Shown in pieces: positions 36,761-50,241 of a DNA stretch of 64,000 nt. The notes beneath the pieces were generated by a model that had not been told where the DNA came from, did no database searches, and was given only the letters and a program-made list of their open reading frames with translations. Numbering within the stretch: position 1 is the stretch's first letter; every line of letters begins with the position of its first letter. A program made the position numbers and the translations under genes. Source of the DNA: Octopus sinensis (Eukaryota); NCBI RefSeq assembly GCF_006345805.1, contig NC_043006.1:68696001-68760000 (forward strand), written 5' to 3'.

Positions 36761-37141
36761 TATCGCATAGCCAAAAGGCTTTTTTATGTATACAAATGTC
36801 TCTGTGCCGTTTGCTATATATATATATATATGTTTTTTTTTTGTTACTGTCCTCGCATATTTGTTTCTTTTGTCTTAAATATATTTTTCCTGTTTTCCTC
36901 GTAACTCGTTTTATTCTTTATTGCTGGTGTTCGTCTATCATGTCTGCTTATTTGTACTGTAAGAGCTTATGTCCCTGACACCGTCAAAATTAACAATATT
37001 ATTTATTGGAAGGTGCCGAAAATGTGATGATTTTTGGTTGATAACTGATGAGCATATCCACGTCCATTGTATGTGCTTTTTTTCTTATTTTTCCTGTTGT
37101 TGGCCAATCCCGTTTGGCATTTGTGTATGTGTGATTGTGTG

Positions 37142-37184
<43 letters not shown>

Positions 37185-37261
37185 TATATTATATAATATA
37201 TATATATATTTCGAAAATAATTTCGAAATATATATATATATATATATAATATATATATAAA

Positions 37262-37352
<91 letters not shown>

Positions 37353-37590
37353 CTATATATATATATATAATATATTATATTTGTATGCATTTATATGCTT
37401 GTATGTATGTATATATATATATATATATGCGTACATATACACTGGCACGCATATACGCACCACATTTCCTTGAGCGCTTTGCTAAATTATCATTCTAGTT
37501 ATAACTGAGAAATATTCTTATTGATACTATATCAGTGTGTGTATAGGTGTGTGTGTGTCTGTGTGGGTGCGTATATTTATGTATTATGGA

Positions 37591-37633
<43 letters not shown>

Positions 37634-38274
37634 TATTTATATACATACGTACATACATACATCCATACGTACATTCATCCATGCATCCACCCATACATTT
37701 AGACATACATATATGTATATATATACATGTGCATACATACATATATACATATATACATACATATATATGTGTGTATATGTGTATATATATATGTGTATGT
37801 ATATAACATGCATATATACATACATGCATGCATACAAAGTATGTAAACACACACATACACACACACACACACGCACATACACACACATACACACACGTAC
37901 GTGTATGATTTGTTGATTCGTATAAGCAGATTGGTATGTGTATATAAGTATGTATATATTATCTGTCTGCATCCACGTGAAGGAATCGTCTGTGAGAGTA
38001 GGGGTGGTGGAGGTGGGGGTCCCTCCGCCCCAGTCACCGTGTATTAGGCAGGGTTTACATGGTGTGGGTGGGTGGCGGGGGTTGGTTAGTGTTATTGAAG
38101 AGAAGAAGAAGAAAGCTAATCCTGACTGATCAATTTACACGCTTCTCGTCAGCCGGGGATTAAACTGAACAACCCAGATGATCTGTTTCATTTCACAGCA
38201 TTCCATCAATTTCTCTGCCTCCCTCCCTAGGAACCCACGCTCCTTATCAAACTCCTTTTCTCTCTTTCTTTCTT

Positions 38275-38311
<37 letters not shown>

Positions 38312-38552
38312 CCTCCACATTACTCACCATTGTGTTCACCCTTCTACCTAATTTTATTTGTCTCTCTCTCTCTCTCTGTCTATTTGTCTAACTTCTCTTG
38401 TCTGTGTGTCGCCTAAACCATGATTCTTTTGTCTGGGAAGACGTCCCCTTACCTTCTCTAAAACTTCGTTTTCTTATGTATATGCTTACTTACAGATACA
38501 CATATACGCTTCCCTACACCCCCACACATATATATATATATATATATGCATG

Positions 38553-38584
<32 letters not shown>

Positions 38585-38747
38585 CATACATACACACACA
38601 CATGCATACATACATGCATGCATACATACATACATACACACATACATACAAGCATATATACATGTACATATATACATACACACACACGCGTGAATATATT
38701 TATATATATAATATATATATATACATATATTTATATAATATATATAT

Positions 38748-38793
<46 letters not shown>

Positions 38794-39335
38794 ATATGTT
38801 TACACATACATATATACACACATGCACACACATATATATATATATACATTCATTCATACTCATCTATCTCTCTATCTATCTCTCTATCTCTCTGTCTGTC
38901 TGTCTCTCTATCTAAACACGCACACAGACGCACACACGGTTACAGAGGTCTGTCACCCTGTATATTAGCACCCTTATTTCAAAGTCACCGAGAAGTGACT
39001 ATTTATGGATAACTACGTTTGAAATCTATAGCTTACTTACCCTGAATATAGATCTATGTTTCTAACTATAATCACCAAATACTGTAAAACATGCTTATAC
39101 AGACTTCGTAATACAATCTGTAAGCAGAAAAGTAAAAGTATGCAAAACTTTTCGAAAGTTCAAAATATAACATTTTAGCGTCGTTGTTGTTACATAAATT
39201 CCAGCGACGGAGGCTTGTTTCTCTTTTTAGATAACCTTATTTCTAGGAAGAATTCAAAGAATTAAGAACGTTTATACACTTCCATACATACATACATACA
39301 TACATACATACATACATACATACATACATACATAC

Positions 39336-39366
<31 letters not shown>

Positions 39367-39484
39367 CAAACACGTTAATACACACGCATACACACATGTA
39401 TAACTATGTACAGATACATACATATTAGATATATACATAGACACATTATAAGTTTATACGTATTGAACAAAATACGCACGTACA

Positions 39485-39523
<39 letters not shown>

Positions 39524-39552
39524 ATATCTATCTATCTACTATCTATCTATCT

Positions 39553-39583
<31 letters not shown>

Positions 39584-39679
39584 CTATCTCTGTCTCTCTG
39601 CTTCTCTCTGCCTCCCCCCTGTCTGTCCTGTCTCTCTCTCTGTATATATATGTATTTATATATATATATATATTATATA

Positions 39680-39727
<48 letters not shown>

Positions 39728-39728
39728 G

Positions 39729-39787
<59 letters not shown>

Positions 39788-39791
39788 CTCT

Positions 39792-40170
39792 CTCTATATA
39801 AACGGCAGTTTGTCTGTGCGTGTTTCTGTGTGTCTGTTTTCTCGTACCCTCACCCTGACCACGGCTTTCAACGCTTCTGATGAAACTTGACACACACATA
39901 GCCCAATTTCATAATTCAAAACTAACGCATGGAAAATTTTGAAAGTTCCCCAGTTCCTGAAAAAATCGATAAATTCGACATGGGTTGAGAATAAAAAAAA
40001 AACAAAACCACAGACTGTCTAGGGGACGTCAACTCAACCTTTTATTACTCTCAAAAAAAAAATTTACATCATTTTTTTTCCATTTTTTGCTATTTTTTGC
40101 TATAACTCTCTAAAAAATGCTTTATATTATTTCCCTTACAACCTGAGCAACGCCGGGCGATACCTGCTAG
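39792..40170 (+). mobile_element. Helitron-like non-autonomous element
   Basis: 5' ctatataaacggcag...; 3' hairpin cctgagcaacgccgggc followed by CTAG|T. Confidence 0.65.
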
Positions 40171-40201
40171 TATATATATATATATATATATATATTATGT
40201 A

Positions 40202-41205
40202 TCAGGTCGTCAAGTATGAAATTTGTAGTAAGGTGTATGGAAAACTTTGACAGCTGCTCATTTTGCGCCATTATTATATTTTGACAATTTAAATTTTTTT
40301 TGTTAGAAAGCTGACACATCTATTTCTTTATTCTAACTCATTTTACGCTTTATAAAGTATTTATAAATCGTTTCTTGCTACTTTTGCTTAGAGATGGATA
40401 AATCGGTAAAGTGAAAAAGTTGGATGTATTCCACATGAACTCGATGAAAATCAGAAACAGCAACGTTTGGAAGCCAGCATTGTGCTACTTTGCCGTCACA
40501 AAAATTAATCATTTTTTAAATCGAATTGCAACATTTGAGGAGAAATGGATCCAATACAACAACCGTAAACGTCCAGCACAATGGCTGAACGAAGTCGAGC
40601 CACCAAGAGAATCCATAAAGCAAAATTCATCAAAAGAAGCAGATGATGTGTGTTTGGTGGTCTGGCGCAGGTGTGATCCATTACGATTTCATTAGACCTG
40701 GTTTATCAATCTCGGCCGAAGTATACTGCAGCCAACTGGACTAGATGATGCAGAAACTTACAAAAAAAAAAAAACAAAGACCAAAAAAAAAAAAGACCCC
40801 AAAAAACCCAACCTAGTCTAGATTAGTCAACAGATCCACTCCTATTTTATTGCAAGACAACGCCAGACCACACATCGCAAAAATGACATTGGCGAAATTA
40901 CAGGAGTTGGAGTTGGAAGTTCTCCATCACCCACCATATTCACCTGACCTTGTCCCCACTGACTACCACTTCTTCCAGAATTTGGTTAACTTTTTGATAG
41001 GAAAAAAATTTAATTCTGACGATGCTGTAAAACAGGCTTTCCAAGATTTTATTGACTTTAGATTGCCAGGGTTTTACAGTTCCGGGCTGGACAAGCTACT
41101 GCTGAAATGGCAAAAGTTTATTGACAATATGGGTGCATACTTTGATGAATAAAACTATTCCTTGTATTTATAAAACATTCGCAAATTTCATACTTGACGA
41201 CCTAA
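40202..41205 (+). mobile_element. Internally deleted mariner with both TIRs
   Basis: 24-bp TIRs t(c/t)aggtcgtcaagtatgaaatttg with TA flanks; QDNARPH...HHPPYSPDLVPTDYH (D,D34D-type catalytic region). Confidence 0.95.
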
Positions 41206-41302
41206 TATATATGTATCAGGGACGTGCCACTTAGGTAGGCAAAGTAGGCAGTGTTGTTCGACTAAAGGCGGTGCTCCAGCATGGCAGCAGTCAAATAAAA
41301 GA

Positions 41303-41333
<31 letters not shown>

Positions 41334-41338
41334 CTTAC

Positions 41339-41393
<55 letters not shown>

Positions 41394-41539
41394 AAGAGAG
41401 GGGGGGGCGGAATAACTATAAAAGTATGTTTCTGTTTTGGAACAGAATCTGAAGTTGTAGAAATTTGTGAGGAGAAAAAAGAAACAAAACAGCTATAAAT
41501 ATGAAAGACTATAAATGAAGTTAATAACGAAACTAGCGG

Positions 41540-42050
41540 ATAATAACAAGTGAAAGTCATGGCAAAGAAAGCTCCTACATGGCCAGTACTTAAAAAATAT
41601 GAACACACACACACACACACACACACACAACACACACACACACACACACAAACACACACAAATGACTTGTGAGGAATGAAAGATCCAAAGCTGAGATGGT
41701 AAGATTCTTGATGCGGTATAAAAATTAAAGCCTTCTCAGCAGACGTCACCAAAGCTATGTAATGAAGCAACTTCACAAGCGTGTGGATTGGAGAAGAAAC
41801 AGTCAACGATATTTCATTAGTCGTCCATATTTAGTCAAAACAAGAATATATCCACAAGCATAGCAGAGGTGGGGGCTTTGACATACTGCTACTAGGCTAA
41901 CATTACAGTCTTGATATTAACCTGGAAAGTTTTGAGAAAAAAGACAAAACGATGTTAGTCTAGGATGCGCTAGTGTACAGCAATAAAACTGCAGCAAACC
42001 TGTGCGATTGTGGGGTCAGGCGTAGCATACAGACCATCATATAACTTGTT
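41540..42050 (+). pseudogene. Very degenerate R4/Dong-type LINE fragment
   Basis: KLLHGQYLK...GEETVND...KQEYIHKH (cf. KxLHGQF...EETVxHI...EYxxRH). Confidence 0.4.
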
Positions 42051-42489
42051 TTACTATTTTTTACCGTCTTATTTTGACATGTGCATTGCGTTTTAATTCG
42101 TCTCTTCCATTTTAAGAACTCAGGATGCACATGCGCATTGCGTGTTCATACCTCTCTTTCCGGTTCCTACACAAAACTGATTATTGATCACAAGTATCTC
42201 AAGAACGGGCGTTCGTAATGAGCTCCGCGCTCCGATGGTTGTGAAAAAATAGCGGAATTAAAGTTAATCGGTTGGTTATTATTGCCAACTGCCACAAGGA
42301 AAGGTAGTGCCTCGTAATGGAAGCATCAATCCCAATAGATGATAAAATTACTTTGAAAATAGTGAAATTGTTTAAGATAATATAAAGATCTTGAAATAGG
42401 GACAACCCCAATGTAGGGACTGAAAACAAATTATCCCTATAATAACAAGTGCCTGTGAATAATTAAATCTTAAAATTTCTTCAAATTTT

Positions 42490-42955
42490 TGCACAGGGCC
42501 AGATGTTTTTGAGGGGAGGGGAAACCGGTTATATCAACCCCTGGCTGTCAACTGGTACTTATTTTATCGATCTCGAGAGGATGAAGGGCAAAGTCGACAT
42601 CGGCGGAATTTAAACGAAGAACGTAAAGACGAGCGAAATGCTGCTAAATATTTCGTCCTGCGTGCTAACGATTCCGCCGGCTCCCGGTAATAATAATAAT
42701 AATAACAACAACAACAACACCACCACCAATAATAATAATAATAATGATCCTTCCTATTTAAGGCACAAGGCTTGAAATTTTGAGAGACAGGATTAGTCGA
42801 TTAAATCGATCCCAGTGTTTTACTGGTACTTAATTTATCGACTCCGAAAGAATGAAAGGCAAAGTCGACGTCGGCGGAATTTGAACTCAGAACGAAAAGA
42901 CGGACGAAATGCCGCTAAGCGTTTTGCCCGGCGTGCCAACGAATCCGCCGGCTCA
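42490..42955 (-). mobile_element. Two SINE-B copies separated by (AAT/AAC)n
   Basis: Reverse-complement matches at 42490-42690 and 42745-42955. Confidence 0.8.
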
Positions 42956-42995
42956 CTATAATAATGATGGTGATGATGATGATGTTGATATTGAT

Positions 42996-43073
<78 letters not shown>

Positions 43074-43077
43074 TAAT

Positions 43078-43565
43078 GTACATTGTTTTGTTTTGGTATA
43101 AAAGATGGGCTACAACAAATATTCTGCTCAATACCACAGATTTGCTTGTCAGTTGTTTGACCTTAACCAGTTGACCATGTCCCTTAGTGGCTGACGATAT
43201 GTGCATCTTTGATCACGCGCAGAAGTAGTGGGGGAGCATCATAGCCATGTGTTGAGAGGAATTCTTTGGGGCTTGAATAATACACCCCTGGAGACATGGG
43301 TGTTTCGTTCAACATTCTTAAACAACTCTTATTCAAAGACCATTTGAGCGGGATGGGGTACTCGACCTGAAGAAAATTCTAACTGGGCCACATCTGCAAG
43401 TTTATGCACTGTTTATCTTTATATGAGATCCCTATGTCCTGCACATATGGTTGAGGTGCATGTGCCTGGTGTACCCTTATTAGACGGGTAGTCATGATGG
43501 GTATACAGGATTTCGTATGTTTTATCCCAGTGTCACTTTGATGGCAAGCACTTTTATCTCACTCA
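43078..43565. mobile_element. ~490-bp non-coding interspersed repeat inserted in (TAA/TGA)n
   Basis: Colinear with 56300-56795; both copies are flanked by trinucleotide microsatellites. Confidence 0.8.
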
Positions 43566-43639
43566 ATAGTAATAATAACAACAACAACAATAGTAATAAT
43601 AATAAAATTAATGTAATCCCATATTTTAAAGCAAACTTA

Positions 43640-43805
43640 TAAAAATTTTTGTTTTTTTAAACATTCTCTAGAACAATACTTTGTTCAAAACCAAATACAT
43701 GGCACTCTAGTCATAACACCAACTTGAACTTCTAACTTGACTCTTGATGTAAGTGAGATTTGGAGCCAATTTGTACAAATACAAAACAAAAGTCAAACAT
43801 ATAAA
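43640..43805 (+). mobile_element. R4/Dong LINE 3' UTR fragment
   Basis: gtgagatttggagccaatttgtacaaat...aaaagtcaaacata matches 58900-59050. Confidence 0.7.
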
Positions 43806-45219
43806 AATACTAATGAAAAAAAGGAGGGGCGATGCACACCCTATGCGCAGATAAATTTTTTTGTAAATTATAGTGTGACTTACGATGTGTTACCCATGCT
43901 TTTTAATTGAACTGAGTTATTATTATTTCTTTAAGTATCACCATTATAGGTATGTATACTCTGGTGAAATTAAGAAACCAACTCGTAAATAAGCGAAACC
44001 CTCAAATCCATCACAGTACACACGCACACACACACACACACGACACACACGCATACACGGTCGCATATCTATGTCTGTCTGTCAGTCTGTATGTATGTAC
44101 CCACACGTGTCTACGGACGTTAGTACACCATGATCTATACACACGCAGACGAGGATCGATTCGTATGGAAAAGAAAGTGAACAAAATAATATAACCATTT
44201 GCTTATCGGGAAATTTTTAAGTTCGATTAAAATTTTTCTTTAAAGATGATCATTTCGTGCCACTCACCCAATGAGTATTTCTGACAAATGTAGTGAAAAT
44301 CCGTTCAGCTGTTTTCCAGTAATTTTGGAAACACAGACACAGACAAAAACGAGTGATTACAATACCCTGCTTTCGCTTACGCGCGAAGGCTAATAGTAAT
44401 CAGAAATACATTGAAAAGGTTAAAAAAAAAAAAAATCATGAAAGAATTTTTCTTGTCCTGAAAGGTGGAAGGTTGCACATAATTTTAGAATGTCATCCCA
44501 GACTGGTTAGAGAAATACGGCTTATGTTCGCCTTGTACATCGATAGGTCGTTGAATGTAAGATAAGATATGAGCAGAGTGAGAATTCCGGGGGGTGAAAT
44601 TGAAGGGAAAAAATTGGGTGAAATATTTGGTGTGATTGCGAGATAATAGAAGGCTGATGAGAAGATATACAGAGATGTGTAGGATGGATCTGTAGGATGG
44701 GCCTTTTCTTATAGACTCATTCTATGGGCCTATCTCTCATGATGAGTTAGAAGAAACATTCTTCATGTTCATCTCGCTGTGACCGTTGTCGTTGATTTTC
44801 AGTGGATATTTTAAGAAATCGCAGTAGTTCAAGCACGTAATATAACTTTGATGGTCAACAACCAAAGGGGAGACAATCCCTTCAAGATTAAATTAATTTT
44901 GTAAATTTGAAATTTGAATCAAGGAGTAACGCATGTGCGCAACATATTCAATATTTCTTTTGTCATTCACATTATAAAGAAGTTAAAATTTCGAGTCGTT
45001 AGTGGTAATGTATAGCGTTGTTTCATCCTCCTTAGGAATCATCAGCACGGCATAACACAAAGCAGACAACTCTTATAAGAAAATAGTTGATACGTGTGTG
45101 TCTGTGTGTATATGTGTGTGTTAGTGTGTGTGTGTGTGTATATAAATGTGTATATATGTGTGTGTGAGTGTGACAGGAACGCTTATGTTTATAACTAGTT
45201 ATTATCGCTTATCTTCTAT

Positions 45220-45455
45220 CTTTTACTTGTTTCAGTCATTAGACTAAGGCTATTCTGGGGCGCTGCATTGAAGAGATTTTAGATCGATCCTAGTGATTAG
45301 ATTTTAAGTATGGCACTCATTCTATCGGGGTTCTTTTCCCGAATCGCTAAGTGAAAAGGACTTAACCAAACTAAGACCTGTTCCAGGCGTTGTGTAAGAG
45401 AGACAAGTACAGACACAAAGACATACACATACGAAAGGCTTCTTCATAGTTTCCA
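45220..45455 (-). mobile_element. SINE-A fragment, diverged
   Basis: cttttacttgtttcagtcatt... reverse-complement tail. Confidence 0.65.
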
Positions 45456-45727
45456 TTTATATTGAACATCCAGTCTTGTCAAGTGAATAGAATATATTTT
45501 GCTGATGAGACATTCGTTTGTTTTCCTATCGGGAAAAGCTTGATCTTTATTTTCCACAAATCTGAAATAGCTCTTTAGTGGCTTATCGCCCTTGTTAGAA
45601 TTGCAACACTGCCAGAGGGAGCTTTTGTTATCCAGTGGTGAGGTTAATCTTGGCTAAGATTTTCAACTCTCTGTATTACCGTATGTGATACTCTAGTCTC
45701 TGCAGTATTTTAGTATGCATATATAGC

Positions 45728-45785
<58 letters not shown>

Positions 45786-46023
45786 ACACACACACCCACA
45801 CACCACACACACCACAAACACCACACAAACACTCACACAGACAAGATATACTTATATATACATATACAAATACACATAGCATATATATATGTATATGTAT
45901 AAAGATATGTGTATATATAGAATATATATATATATATATATATGTACAATATATATATATATATATTATATATACGGTATAATATATATGATATTATGTA
46001 TATATATACTTATATATATGTAT

Positions 46024-46057
<34 letters not shown>

Positions 46058-46541
46058 ATATATAATATATATATATCCCACATACATTCATCCGTCCCCT
46101 CCATCCATACACACACACAATAGGAGAAAAACAGTTGACTATATATTAATGTTGGGGAAATATATGTATTCTTTCAAATAGATAAATATGTGTGTATATG
46201 TGTGAACACAAATATATAAGCATATGAGTATTAATGAGTTTAGCTATAATATTTACAGATATAAACACAGCTAATACACACACATAAGTATATGTATACA
46301 CTCACACAGTATACGCATGCATGCATGCGAATGTGTACGTGTGTGTATGTGTGCGTGTGCGTATGTGTGTGTATGTGTGTGCATGTGACAGAAATTCTGT
46401 GATATATTGCATTCATTTTTACGTAAGTTGTAAGTATACTTGAATTAATGTGTTTATATGTCCATGTACACATACACCCAAACAAAACGTCCGTGTATAT
46501 ATATATATATTATAACACACACATATATATATACATACATA

Positions 46542-46581
<40 letters not shown>

Positions 46582-46583
46582 AC

Positions 46584-46614
<31 letters not shown>

Positions 46615-46919
46615 GTTTGTATGTATGTATATATATATAAATACGTACATATATGCGTATGTGCGTGTATATATATATGTATATAAATGTATACATACAT
46701 GCTTACGTACTTATATAGTAGATACATAATATATAATATATATCATATATATACATATATATTATATATAAATATGTAATATATAGTATATATATATATA
46801 TATAACATATATAATATATATTATATATATATATGTATATGTTTATACATGCATATATATATATATGTATACATATGTATATATATATGTATAATGCATG
46901 CATATGCATAAATACGTAT

Positions 46920-46951
<32 letters not shown>

Positions 46952-47805
46952 TGCATATCATCTAGTGAGGGTCGAGAGAAAGAGCTCACATATGACTCAT
47001 TTCACCCCCTGCCCCCACCTCACCACACCAAAGCACACCGCACCGCACCAAGTTCTTCTTGGTGAGGAAGTCCAGTTCTAACTAGCGGCCATTAACCACA
47101 TCGAAAATTACTGGAAATGGCGCCAACCTTAAACATATCTCCCCTTCATAATATGGTGCTGCTTGATTCATTGAAATTTGATGAAACCAGAGCGACTATG
47201 ATTATTCACGATGTCTCGTCCATTTTCGTTTTATTTTTTCATACATAATATTTTCTTCTCTACTTAGATTTTTTCCTTCCATGATATATTCACTGCCAGA
47301 CGTCCATTTTGTTCTCGTTCGTTCATATTTTGTTTCTTCGTCAATATTATTCTATATATTATGTGATCACATTACTCATTCGTCTCCCAGTTCCTTCACT
47401 TAAAAGGAGATGACTTTTATGTTGCCTCCTCTGTATTACCAATACTCTTTTATCTCACCATCTCTTTCGTTCGCATGTTGTTTATTCTCGTTCTCTTGTT
47501 CTTCCTCTCTCGCTCATCTCTTTAAGCTTACAGACATACACGTGCACATGCAAACATGCATATACGTATACTTAAATAAAAATGCATATGTAAACACATA
47601 CATAAATACACAAACATATGGACAGAGATGGCGACATCAGGCATACATACACACAGAGATATGCACACAGGCAATGCTTTTGATGGATGTATATAACGAG
47701 TATAGATAAAGAATAGAGTACTCTGTACCATATATATATATAATGTATGTATATATATATATATCTATATTATATATATATTTCTTTACTGCCCAAATAT
47801 ATATA

Positions 47806-47860
<55 letters not shown>

Positions 47861-47954
47861 CACGTATGTATGTATGTATGTATGTATGTATACACTCTTT
47901 ATACACGTATCATGCTCTGCGACATACGTAAAAACATACATACATTTTTTGCAT

Positions 47955-48100
47955 GATAAGAAGCTTGTTCCCAACCACATGGTTCCGGGTTCATTCCCAC
48001 TGCGTGGCTCCTTGAGCAAGTGTTTTCTATTATAGGCTCGGGCCAACCAAGGACCTGTGAGTGGATTTGGTAGATAGAAACTCAACATAGCCCGTCGTAT
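47955..48100 (+). mobile_element. SINE-A 5' half
   Basis: aaccacatggttccgggttc...gcccgtcgtata. Confidence 0.8.
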
Positions 48101-48123
48101 ATGAATGCATATGTATATATATA

Positions 48124-48170
<47 letters not shown>

Positions 48171-48184
48171 ATGCATATATATAT

Positions 48185-48364
48185 GATAGATCGTTAGCCA
48201 CTACACACATTTTTTTCTCTCCTTGTTTTTTCTGTGTCCCTTTCTGTAGAAGAGCGTAGGCTCGAAACGTAAAAGACTTTTTCTATTCCTGAGCGTTATA
48301 CTAATACATCTGTTTGTTTTATACACCACCTGTCTTCGTCTTTTGTTTTTTTCGTAAACTCTCC

Positions 48365-48370
<6 letters not shown>
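48185..48370 (+). mobile_element. PLE-type terminal-repeat element with hammerhead-like motif (48240-48275)
   Basis: cttt-CTGTAGA-a-GAGC-gtag-GCTC-GAAA-cg-TA-aaag. Confidence 0.7.
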
Positions 48371-48408
<38 letters not shown>

Positions 48409-50241
48409 CAGGTCATCTCATAAGTTCTGCCCGAATTTTGAATGAAGAAAACAAGTGATCAAATGTTATATTTAATTGAAATTTAATCATCAATGTACTT
48501 TCCCTGATTATCTATGACTTCCTTCCATCTATTTGCAAGCTTTTAAATCCAATCAATGTAAAACTCTTTTGGTTTCAAAGCGAAGAACTCTGAAATGTCA
48601 GGTTCGACTCCCTCCTAGCTTGCGAAAGTTATGTCCATCAAATGATTCTGTAAACTACGAAATAAATGGTGGTCTGAAGGGGCAAGGTCGACAGAATAGG
48701 GTGGATGAGGAATTTTTTCGCAACCAAGCTCTTCGATCTTCTGTGATGTGATCTTTGCAGTGTGTGGTTGCACCTTGTCCTGATGAAACATCACTCCTTT
48801 TTTTTTTTTCAAAGCTTGTTTCAAAAGCTCTAATTGCTGACAGCAGATTTGAGCATTTATTGTTGCATTAGGTGGTAACAATTCAAAGTGAATTACTCCT
48901 TTGCAAACCCACCAGATAGAGAGAGAAGAACCTTTTTCCCCATGAAGTTTCCCTCTCGGTTGTGGTTGAGCTTTATCCCTTTTACCAAGCTACTGTTTAC
49001 GACGTTTAACATTTCAATAGAAGATCCATTTTTCGTCACCAGTCACAAGTCTATCCAAAAAGGATGAAATGAGTTCGCGAGAATGGAGAGAAGAGCAGAT
49101 GTCAACTCGGGATTTGCGGCTGCTTTCGAACAATTCATGAGTCACCCATTTTCCAAGTTTCGGAACCTTTCCAAGTTGTTGAAGATGACAATGAACAGTT
49201 GTATGGTTTGAACTAAGTTTTATTGCCAGTTCTTCAACTGATAATGCAGGATTTTCTTCAAGTAATGCCTCAAGGAGCTTATCATGAAACTCAACTGGAC
49301 GTCCTGTTGGATCTTCATCTTCAAGGCTGAAATCTCCACTTCTGAATTTTGCAAATCATCTTCTGCAAGTTCTTTCATTCAAGCATTCTTTCCCATAAAC
49401 TGAGTGTATGTTTCGAGTCGGTTCCGCTGCAGAGTTTCCTTTTTTGTACTCATAAAGAATTATGTGCCTCAAATGCTCTTTAGATACTTCCATATTAGAA
49501 AGGGTTTTAATCAAAGAAATTTTAATTCTATTATTCTGTAAAATAAAATTTAATTAGTTTAAATGTACATAAATACATAAAAATAATTTTTAATACCATT
49601 AAAATACCATGTGTGTATACATGTGTATGTCCCAATAGCTTCGTTTAGAATTCTGTCTGTCTCTTCAGTTCTCTCCCTTGCCCTTCTCTGTCTGTCTCTT
49701 TAGTTCCCTCCTTGCGCTTCTCTGTCTGTCTCTTCAGTTTCTCCTTTCGCCCCTCCTTGCCCCAATAGCTTCGTTAGAATTCTGTCTGTCTCTTCAGATC
49801 TCTCCTAACGTTCTCTGTCTGTCTCTTCGGTTCTCTCCCTTGCGCTCTCTGTCTGTCTCGCTCTCCTCTCTCAGCTCTCAATCTCTTCTGAGGCATAGAG
49901 GCTTTCTCTATCTTCTTCAGCACTCAGTATCTCCTCTTCCTCTTCTCTCTTGCTCTCTTCTCTTGGCTCCCAATCTCTCCTTAAGTGCATGGACGCTCTC
50001 TTTCTCTATTACCCCTACCCCCCTATTGCACTATTGGATTAATAAACTTAATATAATTAGATAGATAGATAGATAGACAAAATATCTTCCTCTTCTCTTC
50101 TCTCTTGCTCTCTTCTCTTGGCTCCCAATCTCTCCTTAAGTACATAGACGCTCTCTTTCTCTATTACTCCCTATTGCACTATTGCACTCCTATTGGATTA
50201 ATATTAACTTAACATAATTAGATAGAGAAGAATATATCAAG

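Noticed and set aside
36139-36978. 279-aa ORF
   Set aside because: Alternative-start read-through of CA- and CT-rich repeat sequence belonging to a PLE-type terminal repeat; no domain content.
44560-44830. Possible PLE ORF fragment on the minus strand (NESIRKGPSYR)
   Set aside because: A single short motif with surrounding frames closed; insufficient support.
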